Shown here: piece by piece, positions 11,199-21,435 of the stretch
Layout: every line of letters starts with the position of its first letter
Position numbering within the stretch: the first letter of the stretch is position 1
Assembly (NCBI GenBank): GCA_963832985.1
Contig: CAWHWG010000001.1
Span: forward strand, 221,271 to 285,270
Length of the DNA: 64,000 nt
Origin: Rubricoccaceae bacterium
GTDB lineage: Bacteria; Bacteroidota; Rhodothermia; Rhodothermales; Rubricoccaceae
Reading direction: 5' to 3'
Position numbers and translations under genes: made by a program
Notes under the pieces: model-generated
Database searches by the model: none
The model's input: the letters and a program-made list of their open reading frames with translations, nothing else
Told to the model about the DNA's origin: nothing

Positions 11199-12005
11199 CT
11201 ACTGGAGGTCTTCCGGCGTCAGCGTGTCGATGGCCGATTGCGTGGCCGTCGTCGTATCGGCCACGACGGGAGCCGGAGTGACGTCGCCTGTGGCCTCGCC
11301 CGAGGCGGACGCGGCGGCGGTCGCCGCGCCGAGCTCGACCTGTGCCGTGCTGGCTTCCGGCGTGTCCTCCCACTCCTCGACGATGCGCAGAAGCGCGGTC
11401 TCGGCCTCGCCAGCTTCGTTGGCTGCGAGGTGGGCGCGGGCGGCATCGAGCAGGTAGCCCGGCGTCGAGGCCGGCGACTCGAAGGCGTTTGCGGCACGCT
11501 CGTACAGACCGGCGGCCGTCGCGGCGTCGCCGTTCTGCTCCGCGATCGCGGCCTGGCCGGCGAGTGCGCTCGCTCCGATCAGGCCGGACCCACCGTAGTC
11601 CTCGAACATCTCGAGGGCGCGGTCGGTCTCTCCGAGCTGGTAGAGCGCGTCGGCCGCGAAGAAGGTGGCCTGCTCGCCCGTCGAGGTCGAGCCGTAGTCC
11701 TCAGCGATCTCCAACAGGCCCGGGGTCGTGTCGGTCCCATCGAGGGCGGCCTGGTAGTTCCCCGCCTCATACTCGGTCAGGATGGCACCCAGTAGCTCCT
11801 GCGCCTCCGAGGAGCGGTTCGACTGGTACGCGCGCCACGCCACAATGGCCACAGCGAGCAGCACGAGGCCACCGATGACCCCGATGATCACGTTGCGGTT
11901 GTCCTCGAAGAACTCCTGGCTCCGCGAGACTCGGAGCGCGGCGTCGTCACCGAAGTCAGAGGAGTGGGAGGGTGTAAGCGGCTTGGGAGGATTGATCTGA
12001 GCCAT
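11199..12005 (-). CDS. Membrane-anchored TPR protein (YfgM-like)
   Basis: FFEDNRN, single TM segment, TPR helices, IAEDYGSTSTG. Confidence 0.75.
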   Translation of the reverse strand: MAQINPPKPLTPSHSSDFGDDAALRVSRSQEFFEDNRNVIIGVIGGLVLLAVAIVAWRAYQSNRSSEAQELLGAILTEYEAGNYQAALDGTDTTPGLLEIAEDYGSTSTGEQATFFAADALYQLGETDRALEMFEDYGGSGLIGASALAGQAAIAEQNGDAATAAGLYERAANAFESPASTPGYLLDAARAHLAANEAGEAETALLRIVEEWEDTPEASTAQVELGAATAAASASGEATGDVTPAPVVADTTTATQSAIDTLTPEDLQ

Positions 12006-12219
12006 CAGGAAACGTCGGAACGCGTGATCGGTGGGGCCTCACAGGAAGCAAAGAAGGTAGAAGCGTCACTTCGGTGTGGCTATGAAGAGCATGGCGATAC
12101 CGTTTGGGAGCGCTACCGGGAGGTCTCTTGGGTCTGATTTCATCGAACCCGGTATCACCTCGAGGTCGAGACCTCTAACCTGACGTCTCGAGTCCCTCTT
12201 CTCTCCTCTTCTCAACCCC

Positions 12220-13221
12220 ATGGCCATCAAGATCGGCATCAACGGCTTCGGCCGGATCGGACGTCTCGTGTTTCGCTCCATCCTCGAGCGCGGCGGCTCC
12301 GACTTCGACATCGTCGGCGTCAACGACCTCACCGACGCTGAGACGCTCGCGCACCTGTTCAAGTACGACTCGGTCCACGGCAAGTACCCGGGCGACGTCA
12401 AGGCCGAGGGCGACGAGCTGGTGATCGGCGGCGACCGCTTCAAGGTGTTCTCCGAGCGCAACCCCGAGGACCTTCCCTGGGGCGACCTCGACTGCGACGT
12501 GGTCGTGGAGTCGACGGGTGTCTTCCGCACCATGGAAGGCGCGTCGAAGCACATCACGGCCGGCGCGAAGAAGGTCGTGATCTCGGCGCCTGCCTCGGGC
12601 AAGGTCGACGCGACCATCGTGCTCGGCGTCAACGACGACACGCTGACAGGTGACGAGACGGTGGTCTCCAACGCGAGCTGCACCACCAACTGCCTGGCTC
12701 CCCTCGTCAAGGTCCTGGACGATGCGTTTGGCCTGGAGAAGGGTTTCATGACCACGATCCACGCCTACACGTCGGATCAGAACATCCAGGACGCGCCGCA
12801 CAAGGACCTGCGCCGTGCCCGCTCGGCCGCCCTGTCGATGATCCCGACCACGACCGGCGCCGCCAAGGCGGTTGGTCTCGTGCTGCCTCACCTCGACGGC
12901 AAGCTCGACGGGTTCGCCGTCCGCGTCCCCACTCCCGACGGCTCGCTGACCGACCTCACGGCCATCTTGAGCAAGGAGGTGACTGTCGACGAGGTCAACG
13001 CCGCCATGAAGGCTGCTGCGGAAGGCCCGATGAAGGGCATCCTGGAGTTCTCGACGGACCCGATCGTCTCGATCGACATCATCGGCAACTCGCACTCCTC
13101 CATCCTCGACTCGCCCTCGACGATGGCCGACGGCACCCTGGTCAAGGTCGTGAGCTGGTACGACAACGAGTGGGGCTACGCGAGCCGCACCGTGGACCTG
13201 GTCAAGCGCCTGATGGCGTAG
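12220..13221 (+). CDS. gap: Glyceraldehyde-3-phosphate dehydrogenase type I
   Basis: GINGFGRIGR, SNASCTTNCLAP, SWYDNEWGY. Confidence 0.99.
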   Translation: MAIKIGINGFGRIGRLVFRSILERGGSDFDIVGVNDLTDAETLAHLFKYDSVHGKYPGDVKAEGDELVIGGDRFKVFSERNPEDLPWGDLDCDVVVESTGVFRTMEGASKHITAGAKKVVISAPASGKVDATIVLGVNDDTLTGDETVVSNASCTTNCLAPLVKVLDDAFGLEKGFMTTIHAYTSDQNIQDAPHKDLRRARSAALSMIPTTTGAAKAVGLVLPHLDGKLDGFAVRVPTPDGSLTDLTAILSKEVTVDEVNAAMKAAAEGPMKGILEFSTDPIVSIDIIGNSHSSILDSPSTMADGTLVKVVSWYDNEWGYASRTVDLVKRLMA

Positions 13222-13231
13222 AGGGGTTGGA

Positions 13232-13412
13232 GGTTCAGGGTTCGGGGTTCGTCTGTCGCGACCTCGAGGGCGCGGCAAAGGCTCGAGCCCTGGACCGCCC
13301 ACAAGGGCGAAAAGCTGACGCCAATCGCCTTCGACGCGGCACATCCCACCGGCCTCGATGTAGGTGGGAGTGTGTGCCAGCAGAACCCGAACCCTGAACC
13401 AAGAACCATCGA
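13232..13412. repeat. Intergenic cassette bounded by inverted heptamer-type repeats
   Basis: ggttcagggttcggggttc (13232-13250) is the near-perfect reverse complement of gaacccgaaccctgaacc (13383-13400), followed by further GAACC-type units. Confidence 0.7.
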
Positions 13413-13415
13413 CCA

Positions 13416-14594
13416 ATGAACACCCTCTCCGACCTCGAGGTCGCCGGCCAGCGCGTGCTGGTGCGCGTCGACTTCAACGTGCCGCTCGCCGACGACGGCA
13501 CGGTCTCCGACGACACACGCATCACGGCGGCTCTGCCGACGATCAACGCCCTCCTCGAGGCCGGCGCGACGCCCATACTGATGTCCCACCTGGGACGTCC
13601 GAAGGGCTCGCCCGACCCCGCGTTCTCGCTGCGTCCCGTTGCCGACCACCTGCGGTCCGTCCTCGAGGCCGAGGTGGTGTTCTGTTCGTCCACGGTGGGC
13701 GCCGAGGCGAAGGCGTGCATCGAGGACGCTCCAGACGGCGCCGTGGTGCTGCTGGAGAACACGCGCTTCCTGGCAGGCGAGACCACGAACGACGACGCGC
13801 TGGCCCGGCAGCTCGCCGAGCTGGCCGACATCTACGTGTCCGATGCGTTCGGATCCGTTCACCGCGCCCACGCCTCCACGGCTGGCGTAGCGACACACGT
13901 CTCGCAAACGGCGGCGGGTCTGCTGCTCCACCGCGAGGTCGACTTCCTGACGCGCGCCCTCGAGGACCCGGACCGGCCGTTCGTGGCCGTCATCGGCGGC
14001 GCCAAGGTGTCCGACAAGATCGGCGTGATCCAGGCGCTGGCTCCGAAGGTGGATTCCCTCCTCATCGGCGGCGCGATGGCATACACGTTCCTCGCGGGGC
14101 TGGGCCACTCGACGGGCACCTCGCTCGTCGAGGACGACCGCACCGACGAGGCCTTCCGCCTGCTGGAGGAGTTCAAGGACATCATCAAGCTTCCCAGCGA
14201 CCACGTGATCGCAGACCGGTTCGCGGCTGACGCCGAGACGCAGACCGTCGAGGGCGAAATCCCAGACGGCATGATGGGGCTCGACATCGGACCGAACACG
14301 CGTGATCAGTACGCCCAGATCATCGGCAGCGCCAGCACCGTGCTCTGGAACGGCCCGATGGGCGTGTTCGAGATGGAGCCGTTCGCGGCCGGCACGCTGG
14401 CGGTGGCCAACGCCCTCGCCAAGGCGACGAGCGAGCACGACTCCTTGACGGTGGTCGGCGGCGGAGACTCGGTGGCGGCTATCAACCAGGCCGGCCTGTC
14501 CGACGCCGTCACGCACGTGTCGACGGGCGGCGGCGCGATGCTCGAGTTCATGGAGGGCCAGACGCTGCCCGGCCTCGCCGCGCTCGAGGCCTAG
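13416..14594 (+). CDS. pgk: Phosphoglycerate kinase
   Basis: RVDFNVP, SHLGRPKG, LLENTRF, DAFGSVHRAHAS, GGAKVSDKI, HVSTGGGA. Confidence 0.99.
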   Translation: MNTLSDLEVAGQRVLVRVDFNVPLADDGTVSDDTRITAALPTINALLEAGATPILMSHLGRPKGSPDPAFSLRPVADHLRSVLEAEVVFCSSTVGAEAKACIEDAPDGAVVLLENTRFLAGETTNDDALARQLAELADIYVSDAFGSVHRAHASTAGVATHVSQTAAGLLLHREVDFLTRALEDPDRPFVAVIGGAKVSDKIGVIQALAPKVDSLLIGGAMAYTFLAGLGHSTGTSLVEDDRTDEAFRLLEEFKDIIKLPSDHVIADRFAADAETQTVEGEIPDGMMGLDIGPNTRDQYAQIIGSASTVLWNGPMGVFEMEPFAAGTLAVANALAKATSEHDSLTVVGGGDSVAAINQAGLSDAVTHVSTGGGAMLEFMEGQTLPGLAALEA

Positions 14595-14639
14595 TCCGGT
14601 CCGGCCTCGAATCGTCCTCGAGGCCGACTGGCGACTGTT

Positions 14640-15263
14640 GTGCTCTACGCGCTTGACCTCGCCGGCACGTTCGTGTTCGCGCTCTCGGGCGCGTTCAAGG
14701 CGGTCCGGCTTCGCCTCGACTGGCTCGGCGTGTGCGTGCTGGCCACCTTGACGGGCATCGGCGGAGGAATCCTGCGCGACGTGCTACTGGGCGACACGCC
14801 GCCCGGCGCCCTCGAGGACGAGGCGTACCTGCTGGTGTGCCTCGCGGGCGCCGCGGCCGTTGCCCTCGGTGCCCCCGCCGTCGCGGCCCGCTGGAACCGC
14901 GTCATGGTCGCCGACGCGCTCGGCCTCGGTCTGTTCGCGGCTCTCGGCGCCACCAAAGGACTGGCCTATGGCCTCGGCCCCTTCGGCGTCCTGCTCACCG
15001 GCACTCTCACCGCCGTGGGAGGCGGCGTCATCCGCGATGCGCTCGTGGGCGAGATTCCAGCCTTGTTGTTTAAGGGCTTCTACGCCACCGCCGCCATCCT
15101 GGGGAGCGCGACCCTTCTCGGCCTCGAGGCCGCCGGCGCGCCCGCACCGATTCAACTCGCCGGAGCGGCCTCTGTGACGACCGGCCTCCGGCTGTGGACG
15201 CTGGTCCGCCAGACCAACCTGCCGCGCCCGCCTTTCCACCCCGAACCCAACGACTCGCTCTGA
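14640..15263 (+). CDS. Trimeric intracellular cation channel family (UPF0126/YadS) membrane protein
   Basis: DLAGTFVFALSGA, GGGILRD, DALGLGLFA, GGGVIRD repeats. Confidence 0.9.
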   Translation: MLYALDLAGTFVFALSGAFKAVRLRLDWLGVCVLATLTGIGGGILRDVLLGDTPPGALEDEAYLLVCLAGAAAVALGAPAVAARWNRVMVADALGLGLFAALGATKGLAYGLGPFGVLLTGTLTAVGGGVIRDALVGEIPALLFKGFYATAAILGSATLLGLEAAGAPAPIQLAGAASVTTGLRLWTLVRQTNLPRPPFHPEPNDSL

Positions 15264-16282
15264 TGCAGATCCTCCCCGCCACTCCTGATACTGCGGGAGC
15301 CGACTCTACCGTCGACCCATCCACGCTCGACGTCCTCGAGGCCGCGGCCGACTCGGCGGTGGCCCCTGTAGGCATCTCAGTCGATGACGTCCGTGCAGCT
15401 CGCGAAACGCTGTTCTCCAGTGACTTCTGGATTGGGCTGGCAGAGACGGCCATCCAGGTCGCGATTGCTATTGGGATCGCGCTGTTTGCGATCTGGCTCG
15501 TCACGCGCATCAAGGCCCGCTGGGTCGCTTCCGTTCAGGACGACCCCACGACCGACAAGCGTCGCCAGCGAGTGCTCACCACGGCCGACCTGCTCGGCTC
15601 TGTCGCTCGCTACGTGATCTGGGCCATCACGTTTGTCACCGTCCTAGGCATACTGAGCTTCGACATCCGAGGCCTGTTGGCCGGCGCCGGCATCGCTGGC
15701 CTTGCCATCGGCTTCGGAGCACAGACGCTTGTGAAGGATGTGATCTCGGGGTTTTTCCTCCTCTTCGACGACACCCTGGGCAATGGGGACCTGATCACTA
15801 TCGGCACAGAGACGGGCACCGTCGAGTACGTCGGATTGCGGCTCATCAAGGTGCGCAAATTCGACGGCGAGCTCTTGATGGTGCCGGCCGGCGAGCTCCG
15901 CACGTTTGGCAACAAGTCGATCGGGTACGCCCGCGTAGTGGTGAACGTGGGTCTGAGCTACGAGCAGGACGCCGCAGAGGCCCTCCGCGTCCTCGAGGAG
16001 GTGACGGCGGAGTGGGCGGAGTCCGAGGCGGCGAAGTCCATCATGGTCGAGGACGCGCCACAGGTTCAGGGACTGTTGGAACTGGGCGACTCCGCCGTCA
16101 CGGCCCGCGTGATCGTGCAAGTCATGCCCGGCGAGCAGTTCGCGGCCGAGCGCACGCTGCGGTCGCTGATCAAGACGCGCTTCGACGAGCGTGGCATCGA
16201 GATCCCGTTCCCGCGGCGCACCGTCTACGTCAAGTCCCTGGGCGGCTCCGCAAGCGACCTCGAGGCCGCTGCCGGGGCATAG
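15263..16282 (+). CDS. mscS: Small-conductance mechanosensitive channel (MscS family)
   Basis: AGAGIAGLAIGFGAQTLVKDVISGFFLL...GTVEYVGLR...GIEIPFP. Confidence 0.9.
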   Translation: MQILPATPDTAGADSTVDPSTLDVLEAAADSAVAPVGISVDDVRAARETLFSSDFWIGLAETAIQVAIAIGIALFAIWLVTRIKARWVASVQDDPTTDKRRQRVLTTADLLGSVARYVIWAITFVTVLGILSFDIRGLLAGAGIAGLAIGFGAQTLVKDVISGFFLLFDDTLGNGDLITIGTETGTVEYVGLRLIKVRKFDGELLMVPAGELRTFGNKSIGYARVVVNVGLSYEQDAAEALRVLEEVTAEWAESEAAKSIMVEDAPQVQGLLELGDSAVTARVIVQVMPGEQFAAERTLRSLIKTRFDERGIEIPFPRRTVYVKSLGGSASDLEAAAGA

Positions 16283-16461
16283 CGGCGCTAGATCCAGCCG
16301 GGCGCTATCCGACTCGACTCTTGTCGGTTGGGCTCGAGCCGGCGCAAGAACCCGCCGACCGCACCCCAGATCGGCGCGGAGGCGGCGGTGGTGCGCGTCG
16401 CGCGCGCCGCAGCATCCCGCGAAGCGGCGTAACCTGGGCCTGCCCGCCCCGTAGCCGCCGC

Positions 16462-17397
16462 ATGCCTCTCGCGATCCAGACCGCCGACCTCGGCAAGACC
16501 TACGGCGGCCGACGGCCCGTCCACGCGCTCAAGCCGCTCACCCTCGAGGTCGAGGCCGGCGAGACGTTCGGGCTGCTCGGCCCCAACGGTGCCGGCAAGA
16601 CGACGCTGGTGAAGCTGCTCTTGGGATTGGCGCACCCGACCGTCGGCTCCGCAACGCTGTTCGGCACGGCCATCGAGGACGCGGAGGCCCGGCGCCCCGT
16701 CGGATTCCTGCCCGAAGGGCACCGCTTCCCCCCCTTTCTGACCGGCCGAGACGCCCTCGACCTGTTCGCCCAGATGTCCGGCCTCGAGGCCGGCGCCCGC
16801 GCGTCGCGATCCAGAGAACTGCTGGCGCTTGTTCGCCTCGAGGACGCTGCCGACCGGCGCGTCGGGACGTACTCGAAGGGGATGCTTCAGCGGCTCGGCA
16901 TCGCGCAGGCGCTGATGCACCGGCCTCGACTGGTCTTCCTGGACGAGCCGACGGACGGCGTCGACCCGGTCGGGCGGCGCGAGATTCGCACGCTGATCGA
17001 GCAACTGCGCGACGACGGCGTCACGGTGTTTCTCAACTCCCACCTGCTCAGCGAGGTCGAGCGCGTCTGCACGCGCGTCGCCATCCTGAAAGACGGCGTG
17101 ATGGTACGCGACGGCTCTGTCGAGGACCTGACGCGCCAGGGCCGAGCGTGGCACCTGACCTCGACGCCTCTCTCGCCCTCGACGCGCGCCGACCTCGAGG
17201 ACGCCCTCGGAGAGTCGACGGAGCGGCCCGATGGGCTGGTGCGAACCACCATCACGCTGCCCGACCGCACCGCCCTCAACGACGTCCTCGACCGTCTCCG
17301 CTCGGACGGCGTCGAGGTCGAGGCCGTAGAGCCCGCCCGCCAGTCCCTCGAGGACTTGTTCGTCGAGGTCGTGACCCACGACGACGCCACGTCCTGA
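16462..17397 (+). CDS. ABC-2 type exporter ATP-binding protein
   Basis: GPNGAGKTT, YSKGMLQRLGIAQA, FLDEPTDGVDP, SHLLSEVE. Confidence 0.92.
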   Translation: MPLAIQTADLGKTYGGRRPVHALKPLTLEVEAGETFGLLGPNGAGKTTLVKLLLGLAHPTVGSATLFGTAIEDAEARRPVGFLPEGHRFPPFLTGRDALDLFAQMSGLEAGARASRSRELLALVRLEDAADRRVGTYSKGMLQRLGIAQALMHRPRLVFLDEPTDGVDPVGRREIRTLIEQLRDDGVTVFLNSHLLSEVERVCTRVAILKDGVMVRDGSVEDLTRQGRAWHLTSTPLSPSTRADLEDALGESTERPDGLVRTTITLPDRTALNDVLDRLRSDGVEVEAVEPARQSLEDLFVEVVTHDDATS

Positions 17398-17453
17398 GCC
17401 GTCCGCGGCCTCGAGGCCGACGCTCTCCGACCACACCGCTCACTGCGCCCCTC

Positions 17454-18368
17454 ATGCTCGGACTGTTTCTCCTGACCCTCCGCGAGCTCCGCGCCCGGAA
17501 AGTGGTGATCGGCCTCTTCGTGGTCTCGACTGCGATCTGGATTTCGCTCGCCCTCGCCCTCCAGCTCGACGTCGTCGACGGCAGCCTCGCCGGGCTCCGC
17601 CTGTTCGGGCAAACCGCCATCGAGGAGCCCGTCGACCTCGAGGCCCCGATCCTCGACGCGGATGGCGAGCCCATTCTCAACGAGGACGGCCAGCCCCGGA
17701 CGGAAGCCGACAACCTCGAGTTCGGCTCGACCATGCTCGAGGACATCGTGTTCGGAGCGCAGGCCTTCGTCGCGGGCGCCGCGTACTGGATCGGCATCAT
17801 CCTGGCCCTGTTCGCGACGGGCGGATTGGTGGCCGCGCTCACGGAACGGGGCTCCGTCGACGTCATCCTGACCAAGCCACTCTCGAGGTCGGCTGTCCTC
17901 GGAGGCCGGTTGCTAGCCGTGATGGCGGTCATGCTAGCCCTGTCGGTCTACTTGTTCGGCGCCGTCTGGCTCACCATGTCGATCAAGTCTGGCATCTGGA
18001 ATCCACGATTCCTCTTAGCCATCGGCGCGGTGTTCGGCATGTTCGCCGTCGTCTACAGCGTCGTGACGCTGGTGGGCGTGTGGAGCGGGAGCGGCCCGCT
18101 GTCCTTCGTTGCCACGCTCGGCGTCCTGTTCGTGAGCCTCATCCTGGGCATTCCCGGCTTGGCCGAGCAGATCTCGAGCACGTGGCGTCCACTCGTGCAA
18201 GGCGGCTATCACCTGCTTCCCAAGTTTGGCAGCGTCGGGACCTCGATGGTGCCGCAACTCGCAACGGGTGACCCCGTAGACTCTCTCTATCCCTTGTTGT
18301 CGTCGCTCGCTTTTGGCGCTGTGTGTTACGGAGCGGCCTTCTTCCTGTTTGCTCGAAAAGACTTCTAG
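17454..18368 (+). CDS. ABC-2 type transporter permease
   Basis: Multiple TM segments, ERGSVDVILTKPLSR, C-terminal FARKDF; follows the ATPase gene. Confidence 0.85.
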   Translation: MLGLFLLTLRELRARKVVIGLFVVSTAIWISLALALQLDVVDGSLAGLRLFGQTAIEEPVDLEAPILDADGEPILNEDGQPRTEADNLEFGSTMLEDIVFGAQAFVAGAAYWIGIILALFATGGLVAALTERGSVDVILTKPLSRSAVLGGRLLAVMAVMLALSVYLFGAVWLTMSIKSGIWNPRFLLAIGAVFGMFAVVYSVVTLVGVWSGSGPLSFVATLGVLFVSLILGIPGLAEQISSTWRPLVQGGYHLLPKFGSVGTSMVPQLATGDPVDSLYPLLSSLAFGAVCYGAAFFLFARKDF

Positions 18369-18372
18369 ATCC

Positions 18373-19359
18373 ATGACGTTCTCCTCCCACAAGCCTTTCG
18401 GCGCCACAGTCGGCCTCGTCGCCATCGCTGCGATCTCCCTGGCTGTCTCTGGATGCTCCGACTCGCTGGCCGCCCCCGGCATCGGGGCGTCGTCACAGAC
18501 CATGGACGCGCTGGGCGTGCTCCCGACGGACGCCGACGTGTACGGGATGACCAACATCGCGGCCGCTCGGGAGAGCGACGCCCTCGAGGCCGCGCTCGGC
18601 GATACGGGCCTTGGCATGATCAACGGTCGCGGCTCGGCCGACCTCGACGAGTTCATTCGCCTGACGGGATTCGATCCGTCCACCGACCTCGACCGGATCT
18701 ATGTCGCCGCGAAGGACGGCATGAAAGAGCAGGGTGCGTTCGTGGCCTACGGCCGGTTCGACCGTGACCGGATCGAGCAGTTCATCGCGACACAAGAGGA
18801 GACGGAGTTCGAGTCCACGTCCATCGACGGGCTTCCGGTCTACCTCGTCACGGACGAGGAGGATGGCACGCGCGGAGGGTTTGCGCTCGCCAGCAACGAG
18901 ATGATTCTGGCCGGTGACGAGGCGACCCTGCGCGACATGCTGAGCCGTCTCGGTGGCGCTCGCTCGAACACGCCCGCAGAGCTCCAGGCCTTGTTCGACC
19001 GCGTCGCGTTCCCCGACGGAGCCTGGTTCGTCGCTCGCCTCGACCGCGTCGGCATGGACCTGTCTGGCAACGACAACCCGTCGGCCCTCGCCGCCCGCGC
19101 CGCCGATGGGTTCGTGGTGTCGATGGCCTTCGAGACCAACGGCGTTCCCGTCCGCGCCTTCCTCTCGACCAAGCCCGAGGCCAACACCGACGACGTGGCA
19201 GACGTGGTCCGCGGCGGCCTCTCGGCGGCACGTGTCGGCCTCAAGGACCAGCCCGCCCTCCTCGACGTCCTCGACAAGGTTGACGTCGAGGGCGAGACCG
19301 GAGGCGTCCGCATCGAGGGCTTCCTGACGCAGGACTTCCTCTCGACGGCCGGCGACTGA
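18373..19359 (+). CDS. Hypothetical lipoprotein, operonic with the ABC exporter
   Basis: Lipobox LAVSGC; starts 4 bp after the permease stop. Confidence 0.7.
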   Translation: MTFSSHKPFGATVGLVAIAAISLAVSGCSDSLAAPGIGASSQTMDALGVLPTDADVYGMTNIAAARESDALEAALGDTGLGMINGRGSADLDEFIRLTGFDPSTDLDRIYVAAKDGMKEQGAFVAYGRFDRDRIEQFIATQEETEFESTSIDGLPVYLVTDEEDGTRGGFALASNEMILAGDEATLRDMLSRLGGARSNTPAELQALFDRVAFPDGAWFVARLDRVGMDLSGNDNPSALAARAADGFVVSMAFETNGVPVRAFLSTKPEANTDDVADVVRGGLSAARVGLKDQPALLDVLDKVDVEGETGGVRIEGFLTQDFLSTAGD

Positions 19360-19703
19360 GGCACCCCCTCCACGACTCTGACGCCCTCGGTAGCTGGCCT
19401 GCCGAGGGCGTTTTGCGTCGCAGCTCGATGTCGACTGGGACGCGACGCTAGAAACGGTGCAAAGACTCTAAACGAGCGCCTCGGGCCGACCTCGAGGTCG
19501 CTGGCGCGGTCCGAGGATGCTGAAACGAACGGGTGGACAGAACCGCCGACCTCGAGGTCGGAGGCGACGACATGCGCTCGAGGACTCAAACAGCCTCGTC
19601 TGCACACCGGCGCGTTGAGGGCGACCTCGAGGGCGGAAGCGGGATCGATGCTTCGAGGCCGAACGGAGGCAGGCTACCTTCGCCCTCCCCCGCCCCACCG
19701 CCC

Positions 19704-20582
19704 GTGAGCCCGACCGATCCCGTCGCCCTGGATGCCCTTCCCGTGATTCCTCGTCCCGGGCGGGTCCTGATGACCTCGCCCGACCATTTCGAGGTCGCCT
19801 ACGTCATCAACCCGCACATGGCGGGCAACATCGGAGACGTGGACCCTGGGCGAGCGAGGAGCCAGTGGGAGGCGCTGAAGGCAGCGTACGAGAGCCTCGG
19901 CGTCGAGGTCTCCGTGGTGGCCGGCGCGCCAGGCTTGCCTGACATGACGTTCTGCGCCAACCAGACGCTCCCGTACCAGACGCCTGGGGGCGAGCGCGGC
20001 GTCGTGCTGAGCCGGATGCACGCCGAGCAGCGGAAGCCAGAGGTCGAGCACTACGAGCGATTCTTTCAGGGCGAGGGCTACGAGACGCAGGGCCTCGACC
20101 CTGACCTGCCGGGCGACTTCGAGGGCATGGGCGACGCCTTGTGGCACCCCGGCAGATACCTGCTGTGGGGCGGCTACGGCTACCGCACCGATCCACAGGT
20201 GTACGACCGCCTGTCGGACAAGCTTGGGTTTCCGATCGTTGCGCTCTCGCTCACGGATCCCGACTTCTACCACCTCGACACCTGCCTCTGTCCGCTTGAC
20301 GAGGAGACGGCCCTCCTCTACCCCGGCGCCTTCGACGAGCAGGGCCTCGAGGACATTCGGGCCCGATTCCGCCGCACCATCGAGGCGCCGGAGAACGAGG
20401 CGCGCGAGCTCTTTGCCTGCAACGCCCACTCCCCGGACGGGACGCACGTACTGATCCAAGAGGGATGCACCGAGACGAACGCTCTCCTCGAGGCTGCCGG
20501 CTATGACGTCCTCGAGGTCGACACCAGCGAGTTCCTCAAGTCGGGCGGCTCGGTGTTCTGCCTCAAGCTCATGTTCTGGTAG
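19704..20582 (+). CDS. Amidinotransferase / dimethylarginine dimethylaminohydrolase family protein
   Basis: YVINPHM, LPDMTFCAN, FEGMGD, FYHLDTC, SEFLKSGGSVFCL. Confidence 0.88.
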   Translation: MSPTDPVALDALPVIPRPGRVLMTSPDHFEVAYVINPHMAGNIGDVDPGRARSQWEALKAAYESLGVEVSVVAGAPGLPDMTFCANQTLPYQTPGGERGVVLSRMHAEQRKPEVEHYERFFQGEGYETQGLDPDLPGDFEGMGDALWHPGRYLLWGGYGYRTDPQVYDRLSDKLGFPIVALSLTDPDFYHLDTCLCPLDEETALLYPGAFDEQGLEDIRARFRRTIEAPENEARELFACNAHSPDGTHVLIQEGCTETNALLEAAGYDVLEVDTSEFLKSGGSVFCLKLMFW

Positions 20583-20583
20583 G

Positions 20584-21312
20584 GTGAGCACGCCACTCGT
20601 TTCTGTCATTATTCCCGCCCTCGACGAGGCCGAGCGCATCGGCGGTTCGCTCGAGAGTGTGGCGGCGCAACGCGACCCGTACGAGATCATCGTAGCCGAC
20701 GGCGGATCGACGGACCATACCCTCGACCGCGCGGCCTCGAGGGCGCCGACGGCCCGACTGGTCGCCTCGGCGCCAGGTCGGGCACGGCAGATGAACGAGG
20801 GCGCCCGACACGCCACCGGTGATGTGCTGCTGTTCTTGCACGCCGACACCCAGCTCTCGCCGGGCGCCCTCGAGGCCGTCCGGTCCGTCCTCGAGGACGA
20901 GGCCGTCGCGGGCGGGTGCTTCCGGACGACGTTCGACCTCGAGGACGAGTCGGCTGCGTCGTTTGGGCCTGCGGGACGAGCCGTGATGGCGGTGTGGGAA
21001 GCGAGGCTTTGGATGCGATGGCACCGCTTCGCCTTCGGCGACCGAGCGCTGTTCGTTCGCCGGTCCGTGTTCGAGGACATCGGCGGATTCCCGGAGCAGC
21101 CCCTCTTCGAGGACCTCGACCTGGTGCGCGCCATCCGACCTCGAGGACGGTTCGCGTTCCTCGACCTCGACGTGGTCACGTCGGCACGGCGGTACCAGCG
21201 GCACGGAGCCGTGCGGCAGCAGCTTCGCAACGTGGGGCTCTGGGCGGGCTGGAACGCGGGCGTCCCCCCGGCGCGACTCAAGCGGTTCTACAGCGACCGG
21301 GACCGAGGCTAG
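20584..21312 (+). CDS. GT2 glycosyltransferase, TIGR04283-like
   Basis: VSVIIPALDE, ADGGSTD, GRARQMNEGA, LFLHADT, FGDRALF, FEDLDL, TSARRY. Confidence 0.88.
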   Translation: MSTPLVSVIIPALDEAERIGGSLESVAAQRDPYEIIVADGGSTDHTLDRAASRAPTARLVASAPGRARQMNEGARHATGDVLLFLHADTQLSPGALEAVRSVLEDEAVAGGCFRTTFDLEDESAASFGPAGRAVMAVWEARLWMRWHRFAFGDRALFVRRSVFEDIGGFPEQPLFEDLDLVRAIRPRGRFAFLDLDVVTSARRYQRHGAVRQQLRNVGLWAGWNAGVPPARLKRFYSDRDRG

Positions 21313-21435
21313 GCGTCTCGTTGGCACAACAACGGGGATTAGGGGTACGATGCGGTTCCGGCTCTGGCTCTCGAACCCGTCCCGCGACGATGTAGGCACC
21401 CGTATTGCCGTCGTAGGCCTCGCTCCACCATTGAT

